A DNA stretch of 64,000 bases from NCBI GenBank assembly GCA_963725865.1, contig CAVSAC010000014.1, positions 576,001-640,000 on the forward strand, in the 5' to 3' direction. The translations under genes and the position numbers were made by a program. Below are positions 33,851 through 43,015 of this stretch, piece by piece. The notes under the pieces were generated by a model that was given only the letters and a program-made list of their open reading frames with translations, was not told the DNA's origin and searched no databases. The stretch is from Candidatus Eiseniibacteriota bacterium (GTDB lineage: Bacteria; Eisenbacteria; RBG-16-71-46). Within the stretch, counting starts at the first letter, position 1. The number at the start of each line of letters is the position of its first letter.

Positions 33851-35215
33851 ATGCACCCCTACTCGCTGTCGCATCTCTCCGATCAGGTCCTGCTCCGGGA
33901 CCTGGCCGGCCTGGTCGCTCAGGACCGTGTCACCACCGCCGCGCTTCTCGCGCACCTGGCCGAGGTCGATGCCCGTAGGCTCTATGCGCCCGCCGGCTAT
34001 CCCTCGATCCATGCCTGGTGCGTCGGGAAGCTGAGACTGTCCGAAGACTCGGCTGCCAAGCGCATCCAGGCGGCGCGCGCCGCGCGACGATTCCCGGCCA
34101 TCTTCCCGATGGTGGCCGAGGGCCGGCTGCACTTGAGCGCGGTCGGACTGCTGGCGCCGCATTTCACTCAGGAGACGGCCGGCGAGTTACTCGCGGCCGC
34201 GGTGCACAAGACCAAGGCTCAGATCGAGCGTCTGCTGGCCGAGCGCTTCCCTCGGCCGGACTCGCCGAGCCTGGTGACGCCGCTGGCAGTTTGTGAAAAT
34301 GGAGAACAACATGCCCCGGGGCATGTGATTCTCACCGTTCCCGGACAATTGGCCTCGTGCTCCGGAGCGAGCGCCCGCGATCTGGCGCTGGCGGCCGATG
34401 CCGGCTCCGTTGCCCAACCGACCCCAGGACAGGTCGTGAGTGGTAGCCAGCGCCAGAGGCTCGCGCCGCTGTCACCCGGCCGCTTCGCGCTCCAGGTCAC
34501 CGTTGCGCAGGAGACGCACGACAAGCTGCGCTATGCGCAGAGCTTGCTCGGTCACGCGGTGCCGTCCGGTGACTTCGCGCAGGTGCTGGACCGCGCGTTG
34601 GACAGCCTGATCACGAAGCTCGAGCAGCGAAAGTTTGCGGCCTGCGCGCGGACCCGGTCGAGCGGCAAGCACCGCGCGCACGACACGCGCTACGTGCCGG
34701 CGCACATCCGGCGCGACATCTGGCAGCGCGACGGCGGACGGTGCACGTTCGTGAGCCAGACCGGGCATCGCTGCGAGGCGAGCGCGCGGCTCGAATTCGA
34801 CCATATCGAGCCCTACGCCCGCGGCGGCCAGGCCACGGCGACTGGGCTACGGCTGCGCTGTCATGCGCACAACCAACTGGAAGCCGAGCGCGCGTACGGG
34901 CCCGAGTTCATGCGCCACAAGCGCGATGCCTCGCGGAAGAGGGCTGAAGCCGCGCGAGCGACAAAGACCAAGAGCGACGTGGCGCCGACGACAGACGCTG
35001 CGCATGTGCTGCGAGAGCGCGAAAGCGCCACGGCGCGTCACGCTCGGCAGCAGGAAGTCATTCCGTGGCTGCGCGCGCTCGGCGTTCGCGCCGACGAGGC
35101 CAAGCGGGCCGTGGCATTCGACGATGTCGGAAGCGACGCACCCCTCGAGACACGAGTCCGCGCCGCCCTCACCCAACTCGCGCCCGCCGGCGCGTGCCGG
35201 GCCTCCTCATGCTAG
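33851..35215 (+). CDS. HNH endonuclease domain protein with RuvA-C-like tail
   Basis: RDGGRC...RC...LEFDHIEP..RGG...LRLRCHAHN; C-terminal WLRALG...EA..A...RVRAAL. Confidence 0.82.
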   Translation: MHPYSLSHLSDQVLLRDLAGLVAQDRVTTAALLAHLAEVDARRLYAPAGYPSIHAWCVGKLRLSEDSAAKRIQAARAARRFPAIFPMVAEGRLHLSAVGLLAPHFTQETAGELLAAAVHKTKAQIERLLAERFPRPDSPSLVTPLAVCENGEQHAPGHVILTVPGQLASCSGASARDLALAADAGSVAQPTPGQVVSGSQRQRLAPLSPGRFALQVTVAQETHDKLRYAQSLLGHAVPSGDFAQVLDRALDSLITKLEQRKFAACARTRSSGKHRAHDTRYVPAHIRRDIWQRDGGRCTFVSQTGHRCEASARLEFDHIEPYARGGQATATGLRLRCHAHNQLEAERAYGPEFMRHKRDASRKRAEAARATKTKSDVAPTTDAAHVLRERESATARHARQQEVIPWLRALGVRADEAKRAVAFDDVGSDAPLETRVRAALTQLAPAGACRASSC

Positions 35216-35865
35216 CGCGTCTTCACGACGGCATACCGTCGCGTGGTGTGCGGGAGCGTCAGTCGGACCACCAATGAAGTGTCTGCCACCGAAGCGGGAA
35301 CCCTGAACACAGCGTATGCCGAATGCGCCGTTGTAACACGCTGCACCTTGGCCTTGTATGGGCGGCCATTGGATCTGAAGATAGCAACTGAGTACTTTGG
35401 TGGCGCGAGTGTCCCCTGAAGAGCAATGCGCACATGGCGATGCGATGGGATCAGCCGCGGGTACACGTACGCTGAGACGAGTTCCGGGAGTGCGATTGGT
35501 GCAGCCACACTGGCACCCTGCCACGGAGGAACCGTCAGGAAGCTGCGATTGGCCGCAGTCTCATAACAGTCCGAAACACTGTTGCCATTCGTGTCTGCCG
35601 CTGTCCGTGTTTCCCACACGCCCGCGCGGGCGCGAAGTAACTGAAGTGACGGCTCACCGCTCGGATTGGGTAGCTTCGCCAGACTGTCGAGCGAGTTACA
35701 CTCAGTGTTGTCCGAACCCTGCGTCGAGAGCTGGGAGGGCGCGGCGACCGTCATGCTCGAACCCAGGAGCACGCCAAGCAGCACGAGCACATGAGCCGCG
35801 ATCGAACCGATCACACTACGCGCCGGCCTACAGATCCCGGGCGCTGCGCTTCGACTTGCGTTCAT
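35212..35865 (-). CDS. hypothetical secreted protein with atypical composition
   Basis: RBS GAGGAGG before ATG 35865; hydrophobic N-terminal segment; visibly lower GC than flanks. Confidence 0.5.
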   Translation of the reverse strand: MNASRSAAPGICRPARSVIGSIAAHVLVLLGVLLGSSMTVAAPSQLSTQGSDNTECNSLDSLAKLPNPSGEPSLQLLRARAGVWETRTAADTNGNSVSDCYETAANRSFLTVPPWQGASVAAPIALPELVSAYVYPRLIPSHRHVRIALQGTLAPPKYSVAIFRSNGRPYKAKVQRVTTAHSAYAVFRVPASVADTSLVVRLTLPHTTRRYAVVKTR

Positions 35866-36071
35866 GCGCACCTCCTCTCGGTGAGCCGCCGTGCGCCGAG
35901 TTCCTTCGGCCTTCCGCTCGCACCGAAGGCTCATCGCCGTGAGTCTACAGCGAACCCGGATGTCGGCATGAACGGGAGTCACTAGAGACCCGTCTCCCCC
36001 GACCCGTGCGTCCACCCACCCGCCCGCCGCTCTCGCCTCCCACCGCCCCGTCGCGCTATTCTGCCCGGGCC

Positions 36072-36521
36072 ATGTCCACCATGCCCTACACGCTCGAGTT
36101 CACGCTCGATCTCGCGGCGCCGCCGGCGCGGGTGTTCGACGCGCTCACCGACGCGCGGCATCTCGCGCATTGGTTCTGCGATTCGGCCGAGAGCGAGCGC
36201 CGGCTCGGCGGGCGACTGGTGATGGCATGGTCGAAGCCCTGCTCGTCGCCGGAACCGTACGAGGCCGAGTGGGTGGCGTTCGATCCGCCGCGGCGCTGCG
36301 CGCACGAAGGCGGGCACGACGGCTATCCCGACGGCTACTCGGGGCGCATCGATCTGACGCTCGCAGCCGAGGGCGCGGGCACGCGGCTCGCCGTCCGTCA
36401 CGTCTTTCCGCCGCGGCGCGAGTACGACCGCTTCGTCGAGACCTATCACCTGGCCTGGCCCAAGGCGCTCGCGCGCCTCGCGGCCTACCTCACACCCCGG
36501 GACGCGGCAACCCACTCATGA
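36072..36521 (+). CDS. SRPBCC/AHSA1 domain protein
   Basis: AAPPARVFDALTD...HWF, FDPPRR, GTRL.V.H, terminal W...L.RL..YL helix. Confidence 0.82.
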   Translation: MSTMPYTLEFTLDLAAPPARVFDALTDARHLAHWFCDSAESERRLGGRLVMAWSKPCSSPEPYEAEWVAFDPPRRCAHEGGHDGYPDGYSGRIDLTLAAEGAGTRLAVRHVFPPRREYDRFVETYHLAWPKALARLAAYLTPRDAATHS

Positions 36522-37366
36522 CCGACGCCACCACGATTCGCACGCTGCGCTTCGGGCACAGCCCCGACGCCGACGACGCCTATATGTTCTACGGCTTCCA
36601 CACCGGGCTCGCGACCATCGCGGGCTGCCGCGTGGAGCACGTACTCGAGGACATCCAGAGCCTCAATCGCCGTGCGCTGGAGCACGCCGACCTCGAGATC
36701 ACCGCGGTCTCTGCGCACGCGTACGCGGCGCTGAGCGATCGCTACGCGGTGCTGGCGTGCGGCGCGTCGATGGGCTTCGGCTACGGCCCGGTGGTGGTGG
36801 CGCGCGCGGCGCGCACGCTCGACTCGCTGCGCGGCAAGCGCGTGGCGATCCCGGGGGCGATGACCACCGCGGCGCTGCTGCTGCGGATCGAGTGCCCCGA
36901 GGCGATCCCGGTCGAGGTGATGTTCGACCAGATCCCCGAGGCGGTGGTCTCCGGCGACTACGAGGCCGGCGTGATCATCCACGAGAGCCAGCTCACCTAT
37001 CGCGAGGAGGGGCTCACGAAGGTGGTGGACTTCGGCGAGCTGTGGCAGGAGCGCGACCGGCTCCCGGTACCGCTCGGCCTGGACGTGGTGCGCCGCGACC
37101 TGGGGCCCGGGCTGATGCAGGCGGTCTCGCTGGGGTTCCGGGCGTCGATCCAGGCGGCGCTCGACCACGAGGACGAGGCGCTCGCCTACGCGCTGCGGTT
37201 CGGGCGCGGGCTGGACAAGGCCCGGGGCGGGAAGTTCGTGCACATGTACGTGAACGACCTCACGCTCGAGATGGGCGATATCGGCCGCCGCGCGCTGGAG
37301 CGGCTGTACGCGCTCGCGGTGCAGGCCGGCGCGATCGCGAAGGGGCCGGCGCTCGAGGTGATCTGA
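36518..37366 (+). CDS. mqnD: 1,4-dihydroxy-6-naphthoate synthase (futalosine menaquinone pathway)
   Basis: GHSPDADDAYMFY, DIQSLN, SMGFGYGP, PG.MTTA, GVIIHE, LPVPLG, MYVN. Confidence 0.88.
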   Translation: MTDATTIRTLRFGHSPDADDAYMFYGFHTGLATIAGCRVEHVLEDIQSLNRRALEHADLEITAVSAHAYAALSDRYAVLACGASMGFGYGPVVVARAARTLDSLRGKRVAIPGAMTTAALLLRIECPEAIPVEVMFDQIPEAVVSGDYEAGVIIHESQLTYREEGLTKVVDFGELWQERDRLPVPLGLDVVRRDLGPGLMQAVSLGFRASIQAALDHEDEALAYALRFGRGLDKARGGKFVHMYVNDLTLEMGDIGRRALERLYALAVQAGAIAKGPALEVI

Positions 37367-37578
37367 GGGGTCTCCTGCGGGAGACGGTCTCGTCGAGGCG
37401 GCCGGGCGGGTCTCCGCCCGGCCGCGCGCGTTCAGGCCTTGCGCGCGGCGGAGGACGTCCTATCGTCAATGCAGCATCGGAGCCCGCCCCTTGCACTCCC
37501 CCGGCGGCCGCGCTCCGGGCGTCCGCCGCGGCCCCCCGCGCCCGCGTGCCTCGGCATCCAATCGACGTGAGGTAGACC

Positions 37579-37992
37579 ATGATTGGCACATTGTTGGGGA
37601 TCGAGAATCAGACGCTGGTCCAGATCACCGTCCGCGATCGAACGCTGGCGATCTACCCTCAGCGCGCCCGTGACACCGTGGTATTCCACGTCGGTGACCC
37701 GATCAAGTCCAATCCCGCACGCCCGCACGGGGTGCGCTGGGTGGTGACCGGCCTGGGGGAGCATCAGCGAGTCGAGATCAGCGGGAAACCCAGCCAGACG
37801 AGCCGGCTCCCGGAGACTGGATCTCCGATCGTCTTCCAGGGACCCGGGACGGTGACCGAATCCAGCGGTGAGCCGCCGCTGGGGCCCGGTCACGGGCACG
37901 AGTGGTGCTGGGAATACGACGTGCGGCTGTTCGAGGACGGGATCGAAGTGGACCACATCGACCCGACCATCGTCATCAAGGAGGACCCTTAG
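37579..37992 (+). CDS. hypothetical protein
   Basis: RBS GAGG, beta-rich, ends IDPTIVIKEDP. Confidence 0.65.
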   Translation: MIGTLLGIENQTLVQITVRDRTLAIYPQRARDTVVFHVGDPIKSNPARPHGVRWVVTGLGEHQRVEISGKPSQTSRLPETGSPIVFQGPGTVTESSGEPPLGPGHGHEWCWEYDVRLFEDGIEVDHIDPTIVIKEDP

Positions 37993-40627
37993 TCGACGTG
38001 CGCGACGCGGCGTCCCCGCCCACCAGGCGGAGGAACGCCGCGTCGTCGCGCAGGGCGCGGAACTCCACGTCGTCGCGCGGACGGCCGGCGGCGATACCGT
38101 GCGCGAGCGCGAGCCGCAGCGCACCGAGCGCCGGCGTCGGACGCCCGCACAGCGCGTGCACCTTCGCCACCGCGTACTGGTACTCCGGTGCCGCCGCCAG
38201 CTTGGACGGGTCGAGTGACGCGAGCGAGCGGCCGGCCGCCACGCAGTCGCCGGCGCGCGCCAGGTCGAGCATGCGCTCCACCTCGAGGTCCGGCTGGCCG
38301 GGGTTCACGCGCAGCGCCTCCTCGGTGAGCCGGACCGCCTCGGCATACGCGGCCTGCGCCTCGGCCGGCAGGTCCAGTCGCACGTACAGGTCGCCGAGGT
38401 TTTCGCGCCACAGCGCCGCCCGCGGCTCGAGTCGGATCGCGAGCGCGAGGTAGTCGCGCGCCTCCGCCAGCCGGCCGGTGGACAGGTAGGCGGAGGCGAT
38501 GTTGGAGGCGAGCGTGGCGTCTTTCACCGGGGTCGGCAGCCGCCGGTACTCGCGGATCGCGTCGTCGTAGCGGCCCTCGAGCTGATCGAGCGCCGCCAGC
38601 TGCTCGTAGCCGCGGTTCTTGTCGGGCACCAGCGTCACGATGCGCTCGAACGCCGCGCGCGCGCCGGCACGGTCCCCGCGACGCAGCAGCAGCGCGCCGA
38701 GCGCGTTCCAGTTGCGCCAGTAGTCGGGCCGCAGCGCCACCGCGCGCCGGATCGAGCGCTCGGCCTCCGCCAGTTGGCCGGCGTCGCGGTAGGTGGCGCC
38801 CAACTGCAGGTGCACCTCGTCGCGATTGGGATTCCCGCGCAGCACCCGCTGCAGCTCCTCGATCGCCATCCGCGAGCGTCCGGTCGCCCGGTAGATCGCC
38901 GCGCGCGCCACCCGCGCCTCCGGCAGCCCGGGCGACAGGCGCACCGCCTCGTCGGCCGCCAGCTCCGCGCTGTGCAGCGCCTCCGGCTCGCGATCGCGGA
39001 GGTAGAGGCGGAACAGCGCGCCACTGCGTCCCGCCCACGCGAGCGCGAACTCGGGGTCGACCGCGATCGCGCGCCCGAACAGCTCCGAGGCGCGGTCGGG
39101 CCCCAACGGGTCGTCGGCGTCGTCCAGCAGGCGCGCGCCGTCGAGGTACGCGTCGTACGCCCCGCGCGCGTGGGTCGGCGCGGGCTCGTCCAGGGCCGCG
39201 CCGATCGGCGTCCGGCCCTCGAGACGCCGCGCCACCTGGGCGACGATGTCGCGCTTGATCCGCAGCGCATCCGTCATCGACCAGTCGTAGGCGTTCGACC
39301 AGCGCACGAAGCCCGAGCGCGCGTTGATCAGCTCGATCTCCAGGTGGAGCTCGCCGCCCTCGTGCCGGAACGCACCCGAGACCACCGCGCCCACGCCGAG
39401 CTCGCGCGCCAGCGCGCGCGGCGCGGTATCGCCGTGATCGAGACCCCCGGTGACCGAGTGGCTCACCACGTTCAGCTCGGTGTGCCGCGCGAGGTCGCCG
39501 AGGATGTCGGCCGCCAGGCCCGCGCCGACGTGGTCGAGCGTCGAGTCGCCGGCGGCGTCGTGGAACGGCAGCACCACGACGTTCCGCGCGGCGGGCTCCA
39601 GCAGTCCGGGGCCGAAGCCGCGGGCGAACAGCACCATCAGGGCCACGGCCGCCAGGGCGGCGGCCGCGCCGAGCCACCATCGCAGCCCGTGCGAATAGTG
39701 CTCGGGCGGCAGGATCGGACTCTGGAGCCGCGCGCGCAGCCGCGCGAGGTCGGTGCCCGCCTCGTGGGCCGACTGGTAGCGCTCCTCGACGGGCTTCGCG
39801 AGCAGCTTCCGGACGATGCGCTCGAACTCCTCGTGCCCCGCCGCCGGTTCGCGCGGGAGCGGCGGCGGCTCGTCCCGCACGATCGCGGCCAGCGTGCCGC
39901 CGACGCCGGAGCCCGTGAACGGTAGGCGCCCGCTCGCGAGCTGATAGAGCACCACCCCGAGCGAGAACAGATCGCTGCGCGCATCCAGCGGCATGTGCTG
40001 CGCCTGCTCGGGCGACATGTAGGGCACGGTGCCGAGCAGGTGCTGCGCCGTGGTGGTGACGGGAACGGTGTCGGCATCGGGGGAGTCCACGATCGCCGGG
40101 CGCACGCGCGCGAGGCCGAAGTCGATGATCTTGGCGGTGCCGTCGGGGGTGAGCCGCACGTTCGCGGGCTTGAGGTCGCGATGCAGCACGCCCGCGCGGT
40201 GCGCGGCGTCGAGACCCGCGGCGATCTGCAGGCCCAGGTCGACGACCTGGACCACGGGAAGTGGTGCGCGCTGGACCAGCGCGCGCAGGTCCTCGCCGGG
40301 CACGTACTCCATCGCGAGGAACGGGACCCGCTCCGGATGCGGGCCCGCGCTCTCGGGGCTCATCAGGTCCGACGGCTCGAGCGCCGCCTCGCCCACCTCG
40401 TAGCAGGTCGCGATGTTGGAGTGACTGAGCGACGCCTCGGCCCGGGCCTCGCGCAGGAGCCGCGTGCGCGACTCCGGATCGCTCGCCAGCGCCTCCGAGA
40501 GCACCTTCAGCGCGACGACGCGGCCCAGGCGCTCGGGGCGGGTGTCGATCGCTCGGAACACCACACCCATCCCGCCTGCGCCGACGCGCTCGAGGATTTC
40601 GTAGCTGCCGAGCCGACCGAGGGCCAT
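37976..40627 (-). CDS. Hanks-type Ser/Thr protein kinase with TM segment, TolB-N-like domain and TPRs
   Basis: GAGGMGVV, VALK, HRDLKPAN, DFGLA, GTVPYMSPEQ, VVVLPF, TPR tail. Confidence 0.9.
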   Translation of the reverse strand: MALGRLGSYEILERVGAGGMGVVFRAIDTRPERLGRVVALKVLSEALASDPESRTRLLREARAEASLSHSNIATCYEVGEAALEPSDLMSPESAGPHPERVPFLAMEYVPGEDLRALVQRAPLPVVQVVDLGLQIAAGLDAAHRAGVLHRDLKPANVRLTPDGTAKIIDFGLARVRPAIVDSPDADTVPVTTTAQHLLGTVPYMSPEQAQHMPLDARSDLFSLGVVLYQLASGRLPFTGSGVGGTLAAIVRDEPPPLPREPAAGHEEFERIVRKLLAKPVEERYQSAHEAGTDLARLRARLQSPILPPEHYSHGLRWWLGAAAALAAVALMVLFARGFGPGLLEPAARNVVVLPFHDAAGDSTLDHVGAGLAADILGDLARHTELNVVSHSVTGGLDHGDTAPRALARELGVGAVVSGAFRHEGGELHLEIELINARSGFVRWSNAYDWSMTDALRIKRDIVAQVARRLEGRTPIGAALDEPAPTHARGAYDAYLDGARLLDDADDPLGPDRASELFGRAIAVDPEFALAWAGRSGALFRLYLRDREPEALHSAELAADEAVRLSPGLPEARVARAAIYRATGRSRMAIEELQRVLRGNPNRDEVHLQLGATYRDAGQLAEAERSIRRAVALRPDYWRNWNALGALLLRRGDRAGARAAFERIVTLVPDKNRGYEQLAALDQLEGRYDDAIREYRRLPTPVKDATLASNIASAYLSTGRLAEARDYLALAIRLEPRAALWRENLGDLYVRLDLPAEAQAAYAEAVRLTEEALRVNPGQPDLEVERMLDLARAGDCVAAGRSLASLDPSKLAAAPEYQYAVAKVHALCGRPTPALGALRLALAHGIAAGRPRDDVEFRALRDDAAFLRLVGGDAASRTSTKGPP

Positions 40628-40768
40628 CGAAGCCCACCCTTCGGAGACCAGCCGCCGCGGGGGGAGCGCGGCATGCGCACTAGAAGATAGCCCCGCCCGG
40701 CGTCGCCGCAAATCGGGGGATCGTGCGGCGCCAGTCACGCGGACCGGACGGGCCGCGCGAGGTGCGGC

Positions 40769-41410
40769 TCAGACGCTGCGCGGGCCGCGCTCGCCGAGCC
40801 AGTCACGCGCGATCGCGATCTCGTCGCGCGTGAGGTCGTGCCCCGCGGCCTGCCAGTGCACGGTCGCGTCCGCGCCCGCTTCGCGCAACAGCACGGCGAG
40901 CCGGCGGGGAAGCGCGGGCGGCACCACCGGGTCGGAGCGACCGGCGGCGATCAGCACGCGGACGCCGGCGAGGTCCGGTCGCTCGGCGGGCTCGATCGGC
41001 ACCATCGGCCGGAACAGCACCGCGGCCTGGAGCGTGTCGGGGGCGAGCAGCAGCAGGCTCGCTGCGATGTTCGCGCCGTTCGAGAAGCCGACCGCGACGC
41101 GCTCGGTGCCGGCGAGTCCGTGGCGTTCCACCGCCGCGCGCACGAACTCCGCGAGGTCCGCGGTGCGCGCGCGCAGGTCGTCGAGATCGAATCGGCCGTC
41201 GGGGTGGCGGCGGAAGAACCGCGGCATGCCGTGCTCGAGCACCGGCCCGCGCGGCGACAGGAGTGCGGCCCCCGGGTCGAGCATGCGGCCGATCCCGATC
41301 AGATCGTGCTCGTCGCCACCGGTGCCGTGCAGCAGCAGCAGGGTGCGCGCCGGGGCACCGTCCAGCGCCGGCTCGAAGCGGTGCACGAAGCCCGCGAGGG
41401 TGTCCGTCAC
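40769..41410 (-). CDS. alpha/beta hydrolase (MhqD-like carboxylesterase)
   Basis: LLLHGTGGDE, SPRG, RFFRR, GFSNGANIA, DPVV, GHDL. Confidence 0.88.
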   Translation of the reverse strand: MTDTLAGFVHRFEPALDGAPARTLLLLHGTGGDEHDLIGIGRMLDPGAALLSPRGPVLEHGMPRFFRRHPDGRFDLDDLRARTADLAEFVRAAVERHGLAGTERVAVGFSNGANIAASLLLLAPDTLQAAVLFRPMVPIEPAERPDLAGVRVLIAAGRSDPVVPPALPRRLAVLLREAGADATVHWQAAGHDLTRDEIAIARDWLGERGPRSV

Positions 41411-42363
41411 GCCGGCTCCGCCACGATCGCGGGCGCGCCCAGCGGCGCCAGCCGCTCCGCGATGCGCGTCCGCATCGGCTCGAGCCACGGCGGCAGGCGC
41501 AACGCCCCGCCCAGCGTGGCGGCGGGCTCGTCCACGGTGAACCCCGGCGGATCGGTGGCGAGCTCGTGCAGCACGCCGCTCGGATCGCGGAAGTAGACCG
41601 AGTGGAAGTAGCAGCGGTCCCGCACCTCGGTCACCCGCATCCCGGCCCGCTCCAGCACTTCACTCCACGCCAGCTGGTCGGCGTCGTCCGCCACCCGCCA
41701 TGCGATGTGGTGCACCGAGCCGGTCCCGAGTGCCGCGCGCGCGACACCCGGCCGCGCCACCAGATCGATGGTCGCCGCCGCCGTGCCGCCGGTCACCAGC
41801 CGCTCGCGCGCACCCTCGCGTCCGGCGGAGCGCAGCCCCATCACCTCGACCAGCAGCGCGCGCGTGGGAGTCGGATCAACAAGCGTCAGCGTCACGCCGT
41901 GCAGGCCGCGCACCGCGACCGGGGCCGGCACCCGCGCGCCGGTCCAGTCCGCCGCGGGCCGCTCGCCCGGCTCCGCCACCAGCGCGAGGTCGAGGCCGTC
42001 CGGGGTCTCGCCGGTCAGCACCGGCGTCCCGAAGCGCTCGCCGCGCGCCAGGGCCGCGACGCCGTGGGCGGCCAGCCGCCGCCCCCACCAGTCGAGGGAA
42101 TCCGCGGGCACGGCGAGCGCGGTCTCACCCGCCTCGCCGGTTCCGCGCCGCCCGCGCGGTGCACCCGCCCACGGAAAGAACGTCAGCAGCGTGCCGGGCG
42201 CCCCCGCGCCGTCGCCGAAGTAGAGGTGCCAGGTCTCGGGATCGTCGAAGTTGACCGTGCGCTTCACCAGTCGCTGGCCGAGCACGCCGGCGTGGAGATC
42301 GAGACACGCCTGCGCGGGTCCCGCGATCGCGGTCACGTGGTGGAGGCCGGCGATGGGCCGCAT
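41407..42363 (-). CDS. VOC-family ring-cleaving dioxygenase (MhqO-like)
   Basis: GLHHVTAIAG, LVKRTVNFDDP, VHHIAWR, DRCYFHSVYFRDPSG, ELATDPPGF. Confidence 0.9.
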   Translation of the reverse strand: MRPIAGLHHVTAIAGPAQACLDLHAGVLGQRLVKRTVNFDDPETWHLYFGDGAGAPGTLLTFFPWAGAPRGRRGTGEAGETALAVPADSLDWWGRRLAAHGVAALARGERFGTPVLTGETPDGLDLALVAEPGERPAADWTGARVPAPVAVRGLHGVTLTLVDPTPTRALLVEVMGLRSAGREGARERLVTGGTAAATIDLVARPGVARAALGTGSVHHIAWRVADDADQLAWSEVLERAGMRVTEVRDRCYFHSVYFRDPSGVLHELATDPPGFTVDEPAATLGGALRLPPWLEPMRTRIAERLAPLGAPAIVAEPA

Positions 42364-42433
42364 CACGGCGCGACCTTCGCGGACCGGCCCGCGATCCGCT
42401 GGTGGTGCGGGAGCCACACGTCCGCGGCCGGCC

Positions 42434-42898
42434 TCATGGCGCCTCCTCGATCAGCCCCTCGCACAGTCGCGCGAGCGCGCGGGCGTCGCCCGGGGGCAGC
42501 CGCCGCCCGGTCTCGCGGTTCACCGCGGCGATCGCCGACTGCATGCGATCGAGCAGCTCGAGCCCCTTGCGGCTGATGCGCGTCACGGAATGCCGCCGGT
42601 CGCTCTCGCCGCGCATGCGCTCCACCAGGCCCTGGCGCGCGAGCCGGTCGATCAGGCGCGTGACGTCCGGCGCCCGCTCGATGAGCCGCGCCGTGATCTC
42701 GCAGCGCGGGTAGCCGTCGGGGTGTCCGCGCAGGATGCGCAGCACGTTGTACTGTCCGCTCGTGATGCCGTGGCCCTCGCACACGCGGTCGAGGCGGCCA
42801 CGGACATCCGCGGCGGCCACCAGCAGCGCGAGGACCGCCTCGTGGGCGGGATTCTCGAAACGGTCTTGTCGCAGGCGGCGCCGCAGGAGGATTCCCAT
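42434..42898 (-). CDS. MarR family transcriptional regulator
   Basis: GITSGQYNVLRILRG, PDVTRLIDRL...GLVER...DRR. Confidence 0.9.
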   Translation of the reverse strand: MGILLRRRLRQDRFENPAHEAVLALLVAAADVRGRLDRVCEGHGITSGQYNVLRILRGHPDGYPRCEITARLIERAPDVTRLIDRLARQGLVERMRGESDRRHSVTRISRKGLELLDRMQSAIAAVNRETGRRLPPGDARALARLCEGLIEEAP

Positions 42899-43015
42899 GG
42901 GCGTATGGATGCGCCAGGGCAACGAGTGTTGCCACACATGTTCGGCCGGCCGCCCGGCGCGTCCACGGATGCCGCCGCATGGACGCCCAGGGGCGCCCGA
43001 CGCTATGGTGCGGCC

